In this document: piece after piece, positions 46,437 through 53,972 of the stretch
Numbering within the stretch: the stretch's first letter is position 1
Layout: the number at the start of each line of letters is the position of its first letter
Assembly (NCBI GenBank): GCA_039811145.1
Contig: JBDHYB010000016.1
Location: 1,274 to 65,273, forward strand
Length of the DNA: 64,000 bases
Direction of reading: 5' to 3'
Source of the DNA: Chitinophagales bacterium
Lineage (GTDB): Bacteria; Bacteroidota; Bacteroidia; Chitinophagales; LD1
Program-made: the position numbers and the translations under genes
Notes under the pieces: generated by a model
The model's input: the letters and a program-made list of their open reading frames with translations, nothing else
Databases searched by the model: none
Told to the model about the DNA's origin: nothing

Positions 46437-47687
46437 TTACCAAAGTAACGACAGGTTACCACGCGCTGTTTTAACTTCGCCTGTGCTGTTAACCTTTACC
46501 TGGGCTACATATACATAGTTGCCCATTAATTGCAGTTTGCCCTGGTAGTTGCCGTCCCAATCTTTTTTACCGTCGCGCTGGCTGTCAAACACCGGTTCGC
46601 CCCAGCGGTTATAAACCTTTAAATCTTCAAGGGTTACCAGGTTAAGCTGGTTAATAATGCCGAAGAAATCATTAGTGCCATCCCCATCCGGCGTAAATAC
46701 GTTAGGGAAGTTAAACAGCACTTCTGCCTCCTTGGCGTTTATTAAAATGTGCGGTTCGTCGCCGTTATCAGCCCACAGCTTTTTAGTGTTGTGGAAGTAA
46801 GGCGAACCCTGGTTTATAATAACATCTTTAAGATCCTGCCATTGCTGGTGCCAGCGGCCTATGGAGTTCCAGGTGCTGTCCTTAGCCGGCAGGTAGTAAA
46901 TAGAAAGCTCGGCAGGTTCCGTGGAGCCGAATTGTTTTACCAGGTGGAAGAATTTGGTGTTAACCACGCTTACATCACCGGCTTTGTTGGATATATCGTA
47001 GCCCTCAGCTGTGGCATCGCCATAACCCATGCGCACGGCAAACTGCTGTGGATCGGCAACTGAAGGGGTAATCTCTACCGGGCGATAGTAAATAGTGCCG
47101 TTGTCGTTCCAACCGGTTGGGAACGGGTACATGTCTATTGCATTGGTATAACGTATTAACCTGCCGGGGCCGGTGCTGCTTACAAAACCGCTAAGGCGCG
47201 TAATAGCTGAGGATGAGGTGTTGGTTACCGTCATATTAAAATCGGTAGTAGCCAACTCGCTGGTACCCAACGATAACAGATGCGTGGTGTTGGCATCAAT
47301 AGTTTGTGTTTTAACGGAGCCGTTTTCAAGGGCCAGGTCGTAAAAGGTGGTAACCTGCGAACCTGTAATAAGCTGGGCACTGCCTCTAAGGCGTACCAGG
47401 CTTTGGTCGGCAGTAAAGGTATTGTTGTTTTCCCAATCGCCATGCACAATGTATTCGCCATTGGTTCCACCGCCGGTAGCAAGGCTGCCGTTGCGGAAAA
47501 AGCCGCGTATGGTAGTATGGCCGGCATTACTTAAAAAGCCATTGTTCGCGTTTTCAACCGGGCCATCTACAAACAGCACTCCGCCGCCGGTAACCGCTAC
47601 ATCTGCCCCGTTGTTATAAAGCAGTTGCGCCTTTACCAGGGTAAGGCTTAAAAACAGAAAAAAGCAGGCAGAAGTAAATTTCTTCAT
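46437..47687 (-). CDS. Secreted protein with a T9SS type-B (gliding-motility-associated) C-terminal sorting domain; passenger unknown
   Basis: 416 aa. Signal peptide. The C-terminus is FPNVFTPDGDGTNDFF...LKVYNRWGEPVF...GNYQGKLQLMGNYVYV...ARGNLSLLW, the CTD-B signature. Confidence 0.8.
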   Translation of the reverse strand: MKKFTSACFFLFLSLTLVKAQLLYNNGADVAVTGGGVLFVDGPVENANNGFLSNAGHTTIRGFFRNGSLATGGGTNGEYIVHGDWENNNTFTADQSLVRLRGSAQLITGSQVTTFYDLALENGSVKTQTIDANTTHLLSLGTSELATTDFNMTVTNTSSSAITRLSGFVSSTGPGRLIRYTNAIDMYPFPTGWNDNGTIYYRPVEITPSVADPQQFAVRMGYGDATAEGYDISNKAGDVSVVNTKFFHLVKQFGSTEPAELSIYYLPAKDSTWNSIGRWHQQWQDLKDVIINQGSPYFHNTKKLWADNGDEPHILINAKEAEVLFNFPNVFTPDGDGTNDFFGIINQLNLVTLEDLKVYNRWGEPVFDSQRDGKKDWDGNYQGKLQLMGNYVYVAQVKVNSTGEVKTARGNLSLLW

Positions 47688-47950
47688 TCGCGTGTCCGGT
47701 TCGGGCGTTGAAAGTAATAAATATACGCAATTCTCATTGGTAAGTCAATATTTAAAAGCGGATGTTTTTTACTCCCACCCCTACGCGCCCAAAGTGATAA
47801 CAGGCAAGCCGTAGCGTATGAACCGCTTGTTAATCAAAAGTTTGCGGTTAGGCCCTTGTGTAAAAAACTATACGTCCACAAAACCATAGTTGACGGAGGG
47901 CCGCCTTAGGTTGCAAGGCTGAGTAACTTAGCCCACTATAAAATAACAAT

Positions 47951-48925
47951 ATGAAGAAGTGTTTTTTGTTGATGGCTGTTGCGGGCATATTACTATCCCA
48001 GTCGTCTTGTTTGGTTTTAAAGAAGAAATATGACGAGCAGGTTGCCCTGGCAGATAAAATGAAGGCCGAGCGCGACGACTGTAACGATAAGTTAAACCAG
48101 GCCAATGCCACTATTGATGATCTGAACAAGCAGATTGCTAACCTTAACAGCGAAATTGATAAGCTGAAGGATAGCAACGCCTCTTTAGAAGATAAGCTGA
48201 AAAGGACCAAGGACCTGAAGGACCAGAGCGATGCTATTTGCGAAAGGGTTAAACAGCAACTGGATGCCCTAACCAATTCTACCGCTGCCGAAAAGGACAA
48301 ACTTCTGAAAGATTTGGCTCAAAAAGAGAAGGAGTTAATGGCCAAGGCAGAAGAGCTTAACCGCATAAGCGCACAGCTAAACGAGCGCGATGCTAAAGTG
48401 CGCGAGCTGGAATCGTTGATAGCGCGTAAGGACTCAGCAGTGCAGGCCCTGAAAGAAAAAATGCTATCGGCGCTTAAAGGCTTTAATGCAGGAGATTTAA
48501 CGGTTTACGAAAAAGATGGCAAGGTGTACGTAGCGCTTAGCGACAAACTTTTATTTAAAAGTGGTAGCTATTCGGTAGAGGAGCGTGGCAAAGACGCCCT
48601 GAAGAAGATAGCCGAAGTGTTGAACAAGCAAAGCGACATTAACATCGCCATTGAAGGGCATACGGATAGTATACCTTATGTATCATCAACAACAGGGCCT
48701 ATAAACAGCAACTGGGATTTGAGCGTAATGCGGGCCTCCAGCGTTACCAAAATTATGGTGGATGAATATAAAGTTGATGCTACCCGTATAACCCCTATGG
48801 GCCGCAGCAAGTATTTCCCGGTAGAAGACAACGTATCAGCTGAAGGAAGAAGTAAAAACCGCCGTATAGAGGTAGTGCTTGAGCCGGATATGCGCGCCAT
48901 CTTCAATATTCTTAACTCTAACTAG
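47951..48925 (+). CDS. OmpA/MotB-family peptidoglycan-binding lipoprotein with an N-terminal coiled coil
   Basis: Lipobox (LLSQSSC). About 150 aa of heptad-like K/E/L/D sequence. OmpA_C domain (IEGHTDSIPY...NWDLSVMRASSV...NRRIEVVL). Confidence 0.8.
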   Translation: MKKCFLLMAVAGILLSQSSCLVLKKKYDEQVALADKMKAERDDCNDKLNQANATIDDLNKQIANLNSEIDKLKDSNASLEDKLKRTKDLKDQSDAICERVKQQLDALTNSTAAEKDKLLKDLAQKEKELMAKAEELNRISAQLNERDAKVRELESLIARKDSAVQALKEKMLSALKGFNAGDLTVYEKDGKVYVALSDKLLFKSGSYSVEERGKDALKKIAEVLNKQSDINIAIEGHTDSIPYVSSTTGPINSNWDLSVMRASSVTKIMVDEYKVDATRITPMGRSKYFPVEDNVSAEGRSKNRRIEVVLEPDMRAIFNILNSN

Positions 48926-48989
48926 GGTTCGTTACCGGGCCCCTTTTGGGCAACGTACGTCAATACCTCTTTTGTTCTACATTCGCGCC

Positions 48990-49829
48990 ATGATTTGGAG
49001 GCGCGATTCCGCTAATCCTGAAGCGGAAATGGGATTTTTTGACCATGTGGAAGCTTTACGCTGGCACCTGCTGCGTTCTGCCATCGCCATCATTGTTTGC
49101 GCTTCGGTAGTTGGCTACTTCTATGACATCGTATTCGAAAAGGTCATCCTTGGAGTAACCTCAAAGGATTTTCCCACCTACCGCCTTTTGTGTTACGTAA
49201 GTCAAAAGCTGCAAATAGGCCAGGCGGTTTGCATTGACCACGATATACCCATGAGCCTGCAGAACCTGACCATGTTTGGCCAGATAACCCTTTTGGTTCA
49301 ATACTCTATAATACTGGGCCTGGTGATAGCCTTTCCTTATATCATATGGGAGTTATGGAGGTTTGTGGCCCCGGCCCTTCATGAAGAAGAGGCAAAGAAA
49401 ACCAGCCGCATTATTCTGGCCTGTTCGTTTTTCTTTTTTGTAGGCGTGGCATTCTGCTACTTCGTCATTATTCCATTCTCGGTAAATTTTGCCGTAAGCT
49501 TTTCAATAAGCCCTAAGATTAAGAACGAGTTTACTATTGATAGCTACATCGATTTTTTTACAGTAATGTTGTTGGCTATAGGTGCTGTGTTTGAGTTGCC
49601 AATGGTAGTTTACTTCCTTTCGAAGTTCGGCATATTAACTGCTAGAATTATGCGCTCAACCCGGCGCTATGCTGTTGTAGTTATACTGGTTGCATCGGGT
49701 ATTATTACGCCTTCGCCCGATATGTTTACACAATGCCTGGTGGCCGTGCCAATTTATATGTTGTACGAGTTCAGTATTTTTATTGCAGCGCGTAACGAGC
49801 GAAAACGAAACGTTTTACCAACAGCCTAA
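48990..49829 (+). CDS. tatC: Twin-arginine translocase subunit TatC
   Basis: FFDHVEALRWHLLRSAIAIIV..., six TM segments, and the conserved SPDMFTQ-type motif (ITPSPDMFTQ). Start taken at the ATG at 48990; the track ORF extends further upstream into the previous gene. Confidence 0.85.
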   Translation: MIWRRDSANPEAEMGFFDHVEALRWHLLRSAIAIIVCASVVGYFYDIVFEKVILGVTSKDFPTYRLLCYVSQKLQIGQAVCIDHDIPMSLQNLTMFGQITLLVQYSIILGLVIAFPYIIWELWRFVAPALHEEEAKKTSRIILACSFFFFVGVAFCYFVIIPFSVNFAVSFSISPKIKNEFTIDSYIDFFTVMLLAIGAVFELPMVVYFLSKFGILTARIMRSTRRYAVVVILVASGIITPSPDMFTQCLVAVPIYMLYEFSIFIAARNERKRNVLPTA

Positions 49830-49839
49830 CCTTATTACC

Positions 49840-50268
49840 ATGAAAATAGCCATTGGCGGCGACCATGCCGGTTTTGAATATAAAAAGGAACTAATACCAT
49901 TTCTGGAAGGCAAGGGGCATGAAGTGAAAGACTTCGGCCCTTATTCGGGCGACTCGGTAGATTATCCTGATTTCGCGCACCCGCTTTCAAGCGCTGTAGA
50001 AAAAGGTGAATACACCTTCGGTATACTTATTTGCGGCAGCGCTAACGGGGTGGCTATGGCAGCTAACAAACACCAGGGCATACGTGCCGCTATTGTTTGG
50101 AAAAAAGAACTGGCTGAACTGGCCCGTCAACATAATAACGCCAACGTAATATGCCTGCCCGCACGCTTTATTTCTTTAGACGAAGCAAAACAGTTTACTG
50201 AAGCATTTCTGGCTACTGCCTTTGAGGGCGGCCGGCATGAAAAGCGGGTAAACAAAATAGCCTGTTAA
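49840..50268 (+). CDS. rpiB: Ribose-5-phosphate isomerase B
   Basis: MKIAIGGDHAGFEYKKEL...GILICGSANGVAMAANKHQGIRAA...NANVICLPARF...GGRHEKRV, a full-length RpiB/LacAB pattern of 142 aa. Confidence 0.9.
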   Translation: MKIAIGGDHAGFEYKKELIPFLEGKGHEVKDFGPYSGDSVDYPDFAHPLSSAVEKGEYTFGILICGSANGVAMAANKHQGIRAAIVWKKELAELARQHNNANVICLPARFISLDEAKQFTEAFLATAFEGGRHEKRVNKIAC

Positions 50269-50304
50269 TTTAGGCAGAAACACAGTCTTTTATCATTCCC
50301 ATCC

Positions 50305-50346
50305 CCCATTTCAGCCCTCACACAGGGTAGCGGCATGGTTTTTTTT
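50305..50346 (+). terminator. Possible weak intrinsic terminator after rpiB
   Basis: An imperfect hairpin (CCCAT...CCCT-CACAC-AGGG...ATGG) followed by T8 (50339-50346). The stem is weak. Confidence 0.35.
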
Positions 50347-50488
50347 AAGACCAGAACTCTTAAAAGCGCGTTAAAATTCTACAAACAGTTAAGTGTAGCA
50401 TAAACCTTGCCTTTAGCAGGTGGTCAACTACCTATGTGCAATTGCACAGCAGTTTTTGAACTTAATAAAGGTTTATAAAAAGACGATT

Positions 50489-52090
50489 ATGAAAAAGGTT
50501 AAGAGAATAGTAGCAGTGGCGGCAACTTTGTTGCTGGTACTGTTTTTAACGGAAGTTGCCGATGCGGCGCATCCGTACCACAAGTATCACAGGCATGGTT
50601 GGCGTAGCGCAGCTTATGCACCGCCACCGGCGTCAGTTTCTTTCCAGGTATTTTATGACAACCTGGCCCCTTACGGCAGTTGGATAAATGACCCCATGTA
50701 CGGCTACGTGTGGGTGCCAAACGTAGGTAGTGGATTCCGTCCTTATTATACTGACGGGTATTGGGCTATGACGGAGTATGGTAACACCTGGGTTTCAAAT
50801 TATCCTTGGGGTTGGGCTCCTTTCCACTACGGCAGATGGACTTATGATAACTGGTATGGATGGATATGGATACCGGATAATGTATGGGGACCGGCATGGG
50901 TGGCATGGCGTACAGGCCCTGACTATTACGGATGGGCGCCTTTAGCTCCCGGATTCGGATTTGCAGTTAACACATACTATTTCCCTAACGATTGGTGGGT
51001 GTTTTGTCCGCCGCGCTATGTGTATACCCCTACGTATTACAACTACTGCGCGGGCCCTACTTATAATACTACAATTATTAATAATACGACTATTGTAAAC
51101 AATACCGTAATTAATAATAACAACACTTATATAGCCGGCCCGGGCACCGCTGAGTTTGAAAAGAGAACGAACCAAAGGTTGCCCGTATACAACGTAAAGG
51201 AACTTGACAGACCAACAGGTGCTAAGGTTGATAACAGCAGCGTTGCCCTTTACCGCCCCGATGTTTCTAAAGCCGCACAGGATAAGCAGGCAGCCCCATC
51301 GAAAGTAGTGGCTACTGACAGAGCTATCGGCAAGCCACAGGCTATAAGCGGAGGCACATCACCGAAGTTTAACCCTAACGGCGCGCAGATTGACAACAGG
51401 CAGAATGCCACACAGCCTAATGGCTTGCAGCCCGGCGGTATGGTTAATCCTTCACAAGGCAGTAAGGATGTTAACCGCAATGATGTGGACCAAAGAATGA
51501 ACCCACAGCAAAACCAGGGTGGTAAAGTAACGCCAAGGCAGATGGACCAGGGCAACCCTCAGCGTAATGCACAACCGCAGCAGAACAGCAACGATAGGTT
51601 ACAACCGTGGAAACAACCACAACAGGTAGAGCCGAAACGCCAACCTGATGTGCAGCCAAGGCCAAACAATGTTGAACCGCGCGGGCAGCAACAGCAAATG
51701 CAACCGCGCCAGGAGCAGCAGCGTTTAGAGCCACGCGGGCAACAGCCGCAAGTGCAGCCGCGCCAACAGCAGGAGCAACCAAGGCAAATGGAGCCGCAGC
51801 GCCAACAGCCGCAGATGCAACCAAGGCAGGAACCACAACGCTTAGAGCCGCGTGGTAACCAGCAAATGGAGCCAAGGCAGATGCAGCCGCGCCAGGAACC
51901 ACAGCAAATGCAACCAAGGCAAACGGAGCCACAGCGCCAACAGCCGCAAATGCAGCCAAGGCAGGAACCGCAACGCTTAGAACCACGTGGCCAGCAGCAG
52001 ACAGAGCCAAGACAGATTCAACCGCGCCAGGAGCCGCAGCAAATGCAACCAAGAGGCAACAACGGTAAACCCGGCTTAGCCCCCAGGTAA
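50489..52090 (+). CDS. YXWGXW-repeat secreted or membrane-anchored protein with an N/T/I-rich segment and a long Q/P/R-rich repetitive C-terminal tail
   Basis: Start at MKKVKRIVAVAATLLLVLFL. Aromatic repeats (YGYVWVP, YPWGWAPFHYGRW, YGWIWIPD, YYGWAPLAP). NTTIINNTTIVNNTVINNNNTY segment. The last ~190 aa are almost only Q, P, R, E and M. Confidence 0.7.
   Translation: MKKVKRIVAVAATLLLVLFLTEVADAAHPYHKYHRHGWRSAAYAPPPASVSFQVFYDNLAPYGSWINDPMYGYVWVPNVGSGFRPYYTDGYWAMTEYGNTWVSNYPWGWAPFHYGRWTYDNWYGWIWIPDNVWGPAWVAWRTGPDYYGWAPLAPGFGFAVNTYYFPNDWWVFCPPRYVYTPTYYNYCAGPTYNTTIINNTTIVNNTVINNNNTYIAGPGTAEFEKRTNQRLPVYNVKELDRPTGAKVDNSSVALYRPDVSKAAQDKQAAPSKVVATDRAIGKPQAISGGTSPKFNPNGAQIDNRQNATQPNGLQPGGMVNPSQGSKDVNRNDVDQRMNPQQNQGGKVTPRQMDQGNPQRNAQPQQNSNDRLQPWKQPQQVEPKRQPDVQPRPNNVEPRGQQQQMQPRQEQQRLEPRGQQPQVQPRQQQEQPRQMEPQRQQPQMQPRQEPQRLEPRGNQQMEPRQMQPRQEPQQMQPRQTEPQRQQPQMQPRQEPQRLEPRGQQQTEPRQIQPRQEPQQMQPRGNNGKPGLAPR
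51791..52060 (+). repeat. In-frame tandem repeat, 2 x 135 nt (45 aa), within a wider region of shorter Q/P/R repeats (about 51640-52060)
   Basis: Unit 1 (51791-51925) encodes EPQRQQPQMQPRQEPQRLEPRGNQQMEPRQMQPRQEPQQMQPRQT. Unit 2 (51926-52060) encodes EPQRQQPQMQPRQEPQRLEPRGQQQTEPRQIQPRQEPQQMQPRGN. The nucleotide copies differ mostly at synonymous positions. Confidence 0.85.
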
Positions 52091-52110
52091 AACATAAAAG
52101 GATTTAATGT

Positions 52111-52141
52111 AAAGGAGCCGGCAGCAATGCCGGCTTTTTTT
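52111..52141. terminator. Bidirectional intrinsic terminator
   Basis: AAAGG-AGCCGGC-AGCAAT-GCCGGCT-TTTTTTT lies between convergent genes. The T-run overlaps the stop codon of the minus-strand cyclase gene. Confidence 0.85.
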
Positions 52142-53963
52142 ATTGTATTAAAAACCAGGTGCGCATTTTTCCTTTGCCTTTAACTTCAATTTCACCACGC
52201 TCCTGTAAGCTGAACTTGTGGGCAATTAAATTTCGGAAGGCCTCGCTTACCTGTATTTTATTTTCAATGCTGTGGCTTTCCATGCGGCTGGCGGTATTAA
52301 CGGTATCGCCCCAAAGGTCGTAAGCGTATTTGTTTTTACCTATAACACCCGCTACTGCATGGCCGCAATGTAGTCCTGCCCGTATTTCTAATGCCCGGCC
52401 TGTGTTTAAGCGGTATTGCTGCATGCACGCAAGTACATCAAGCGCAAAAGCTGCGGCCCGTTCGGCATGGTCGTGCAGGGGCGAGGGTATGCCCGCAACG
52501 GCCATGTACGAGTCGCCAATGGTTTTAATTTTTTCTAAACCATGTTTAACCGCTAAACGGTCAAATTCAGAAAAAATATCATTTAAAATATTCACCAATT
52601 CGGTAGGCGCTATGTTTTGGGAGAGTTTGGTAAAGCCAGCTATATCGCAGAAAAACACAGAAACCTGTTCGAACATATCGGCTATTTGTTTATCCCCGCG
52701 CAGAATACGGTTGGCAATGGGCACCGGCAAAATATTGTGCAGCATATCTTCCGTGGCCTTATGCACCGCTTCCTTCCGCTCCATTTCATGCTGAAAGTTC
52801 AATTGTGTAAGCCGCTCGCTGGCATCTTTGCCCAGCACTTCAGCGTCAGTTTGGTGAAAGGCTTTATAGGCCTGTAATGCTTTTGCTGTATTGCCAAGCG
52901 CTTCATATGCTTCGCTTATCACCAGGTAAGCAGTGTTCAAATTATCTTTCGATCCAATCTCCTGGTAAATGGCCACCGCCGCTTCGGCCTCGGCAATAGC
53001 TTTTGCATACAACCCCTGTTCTTTTAGCAGTTGCGCATGGTAAGTGCGCGCAAAGCCCTCGCCATGCCTATCGCCTGCCTTTATACTGGTAGTTATGGCT
53101 TCTGTACTCCATTTGCCGGCTTCTTCCTGCTTCCCTAACTTTTTATGAATAATGCCCAAACTGTTCATTACTATAGCTAAAGGTCCTAACACATTTAATT
53201 GCTTATATAGGTGATAGGCGCGGAGGTAACTTTCAAGGGCGTGTTCCATTTCGCCATTACGGTCAAATATCACCCCCAGGTTATAAGTACTTGCGGCAAT
53301 ACCCATTACATCATTAAGCTCGGTTGAAAGTTGAAGCGACTCTTGGTAGTTCTGTAGCGCCTGTGCATGGTGCTTTTGTTTAAAAAACAGATTACCTATG
53401 TTACGTAAGGAGGCAGCCATGCCCGGCTTATCGTCTATTTCGCGCCTTATGCGCAAAGCCGATAATTGGCTGTGCAAAGCGGCGGCATAATTACCGTTAA
53501 GCATGTATACATTACCGCTGTTGTTATGAGCTGACGAAAGCAGCGATTTATTGTTGGTATTGGCTGCATGTTCCAGCGCCTGGTTGTAGTAGCTAAGAGC
53601 TTCATTATACTTGCCAATGTTGCGATAGCAAATTCCCAGGTTAAGGGCAACCATTGCTTCGCTGTTATCATCACCCAATTGTTTAAACAAATCCAACGCC
53701 TGGGTAATTAAGTTAATAGCGGCGGGCATTTGCGAATGTTGCCGGTGTTCTATTCCTTCGTAAAAAAGGGCCCAACCTTTAAAACGGTCATTTGAGGTAA
53801 CCGGAGCCAATTCTTTTAATTCCTGCATGTAGGCTTCTGAATCAGGGGATGGAATCTTAATGTATAATTCCAGCAGATCAACAAGTAATTGGCACCGGAC
53901 TGGCGGGTCAGCTGCTTGTAGCAGTTCGGCCTGTTTTAACTTAATGGTTTGCTGAACACTCAC
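52140..53963 (-). CDS. TPR-repeat / class III adenylate cyclase (CHD) protein, copy 1
   Basis: 607 aa. The N-terminal ~380 aa are TPR-like repeats. C-terminal CHD motifs: VFFCDIAGFT (metal Asp), KIKTIGDSYMAVAG (metal Asp plus specificity Lys), YDLWGDTVNTASRMES (specificity Asp, transition-state Asn/Arg). Confidence 0.85.
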   Translation of the reverse strand: MSVQQTIKLKQAELLQAADPPVRCQLLVDLLELYIKIPSPDSEAYMQELKELAPVTSNDRFKGWALFYEGIEHRQHSQMPAAINLITQALDLFKQLGDDNSEAMVALNLGICYRNIGKYNEALSYYNQALEHAANTNNKSLLSSAHNNSGNVYMLNGNYAAALHSQLSALRIRREIDDKPGMAASLRNIGNLFFKQKHHAQALQNYQESLQLSTELNDVMGIAASTYNLGVIFDRNGEMEHALESYLRAYHLYKQLNVLGPLAIVMNSLGIIHKKLGKQEEAGKWSTEAITTSIKAGDRHGEGFARTYHAQLLKEQGLYAKAIAEAEAAVAIYQEIGSKDNLNTAYLVISEAYEALGNTAKALQAYKAFHQTDAEVLGKDASERLTQLNFQHEMERKEAVHKATEDMLHNILPVPIANRILRGDKQIADMFEQVSVFFCDIAGFTKLSQNIAPTELVNILNDIFSEFDRLAVKHGLEKIKTIGDSYMAVAGIPSPLHDHAERAAAFALDVLACMQQYRLNTGRALEIRAGLHCGHAVAGVIGKNKYAYDLWGDTVNTASRMESHSIENKIQVSEAFRNLIAHKFSLQERGEIEVKGKGKMRTWFLIQ

Positions 53964-53972
53964 CTTACGATA

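Noticed and set aside
47848-48300. 150-aa minus-strand ORF
   Set aside because: It overlaps the promoter and the coiled-coil-coding part of the OmpA-family gene in antisense. It has an S/L-rich shadow-frame composition.
51471-52052. 193-aa minus-strand ORF (A/V/G-rich) and a CRISPR-like periodicity in the same region
   Set aside because: It is the antisense of the CAG/CCG-rich Q/P/R coding repeat. The periodicity is in-frame protein repeats with no unique spacers, so it is neither a gene nor a CRISPR array.
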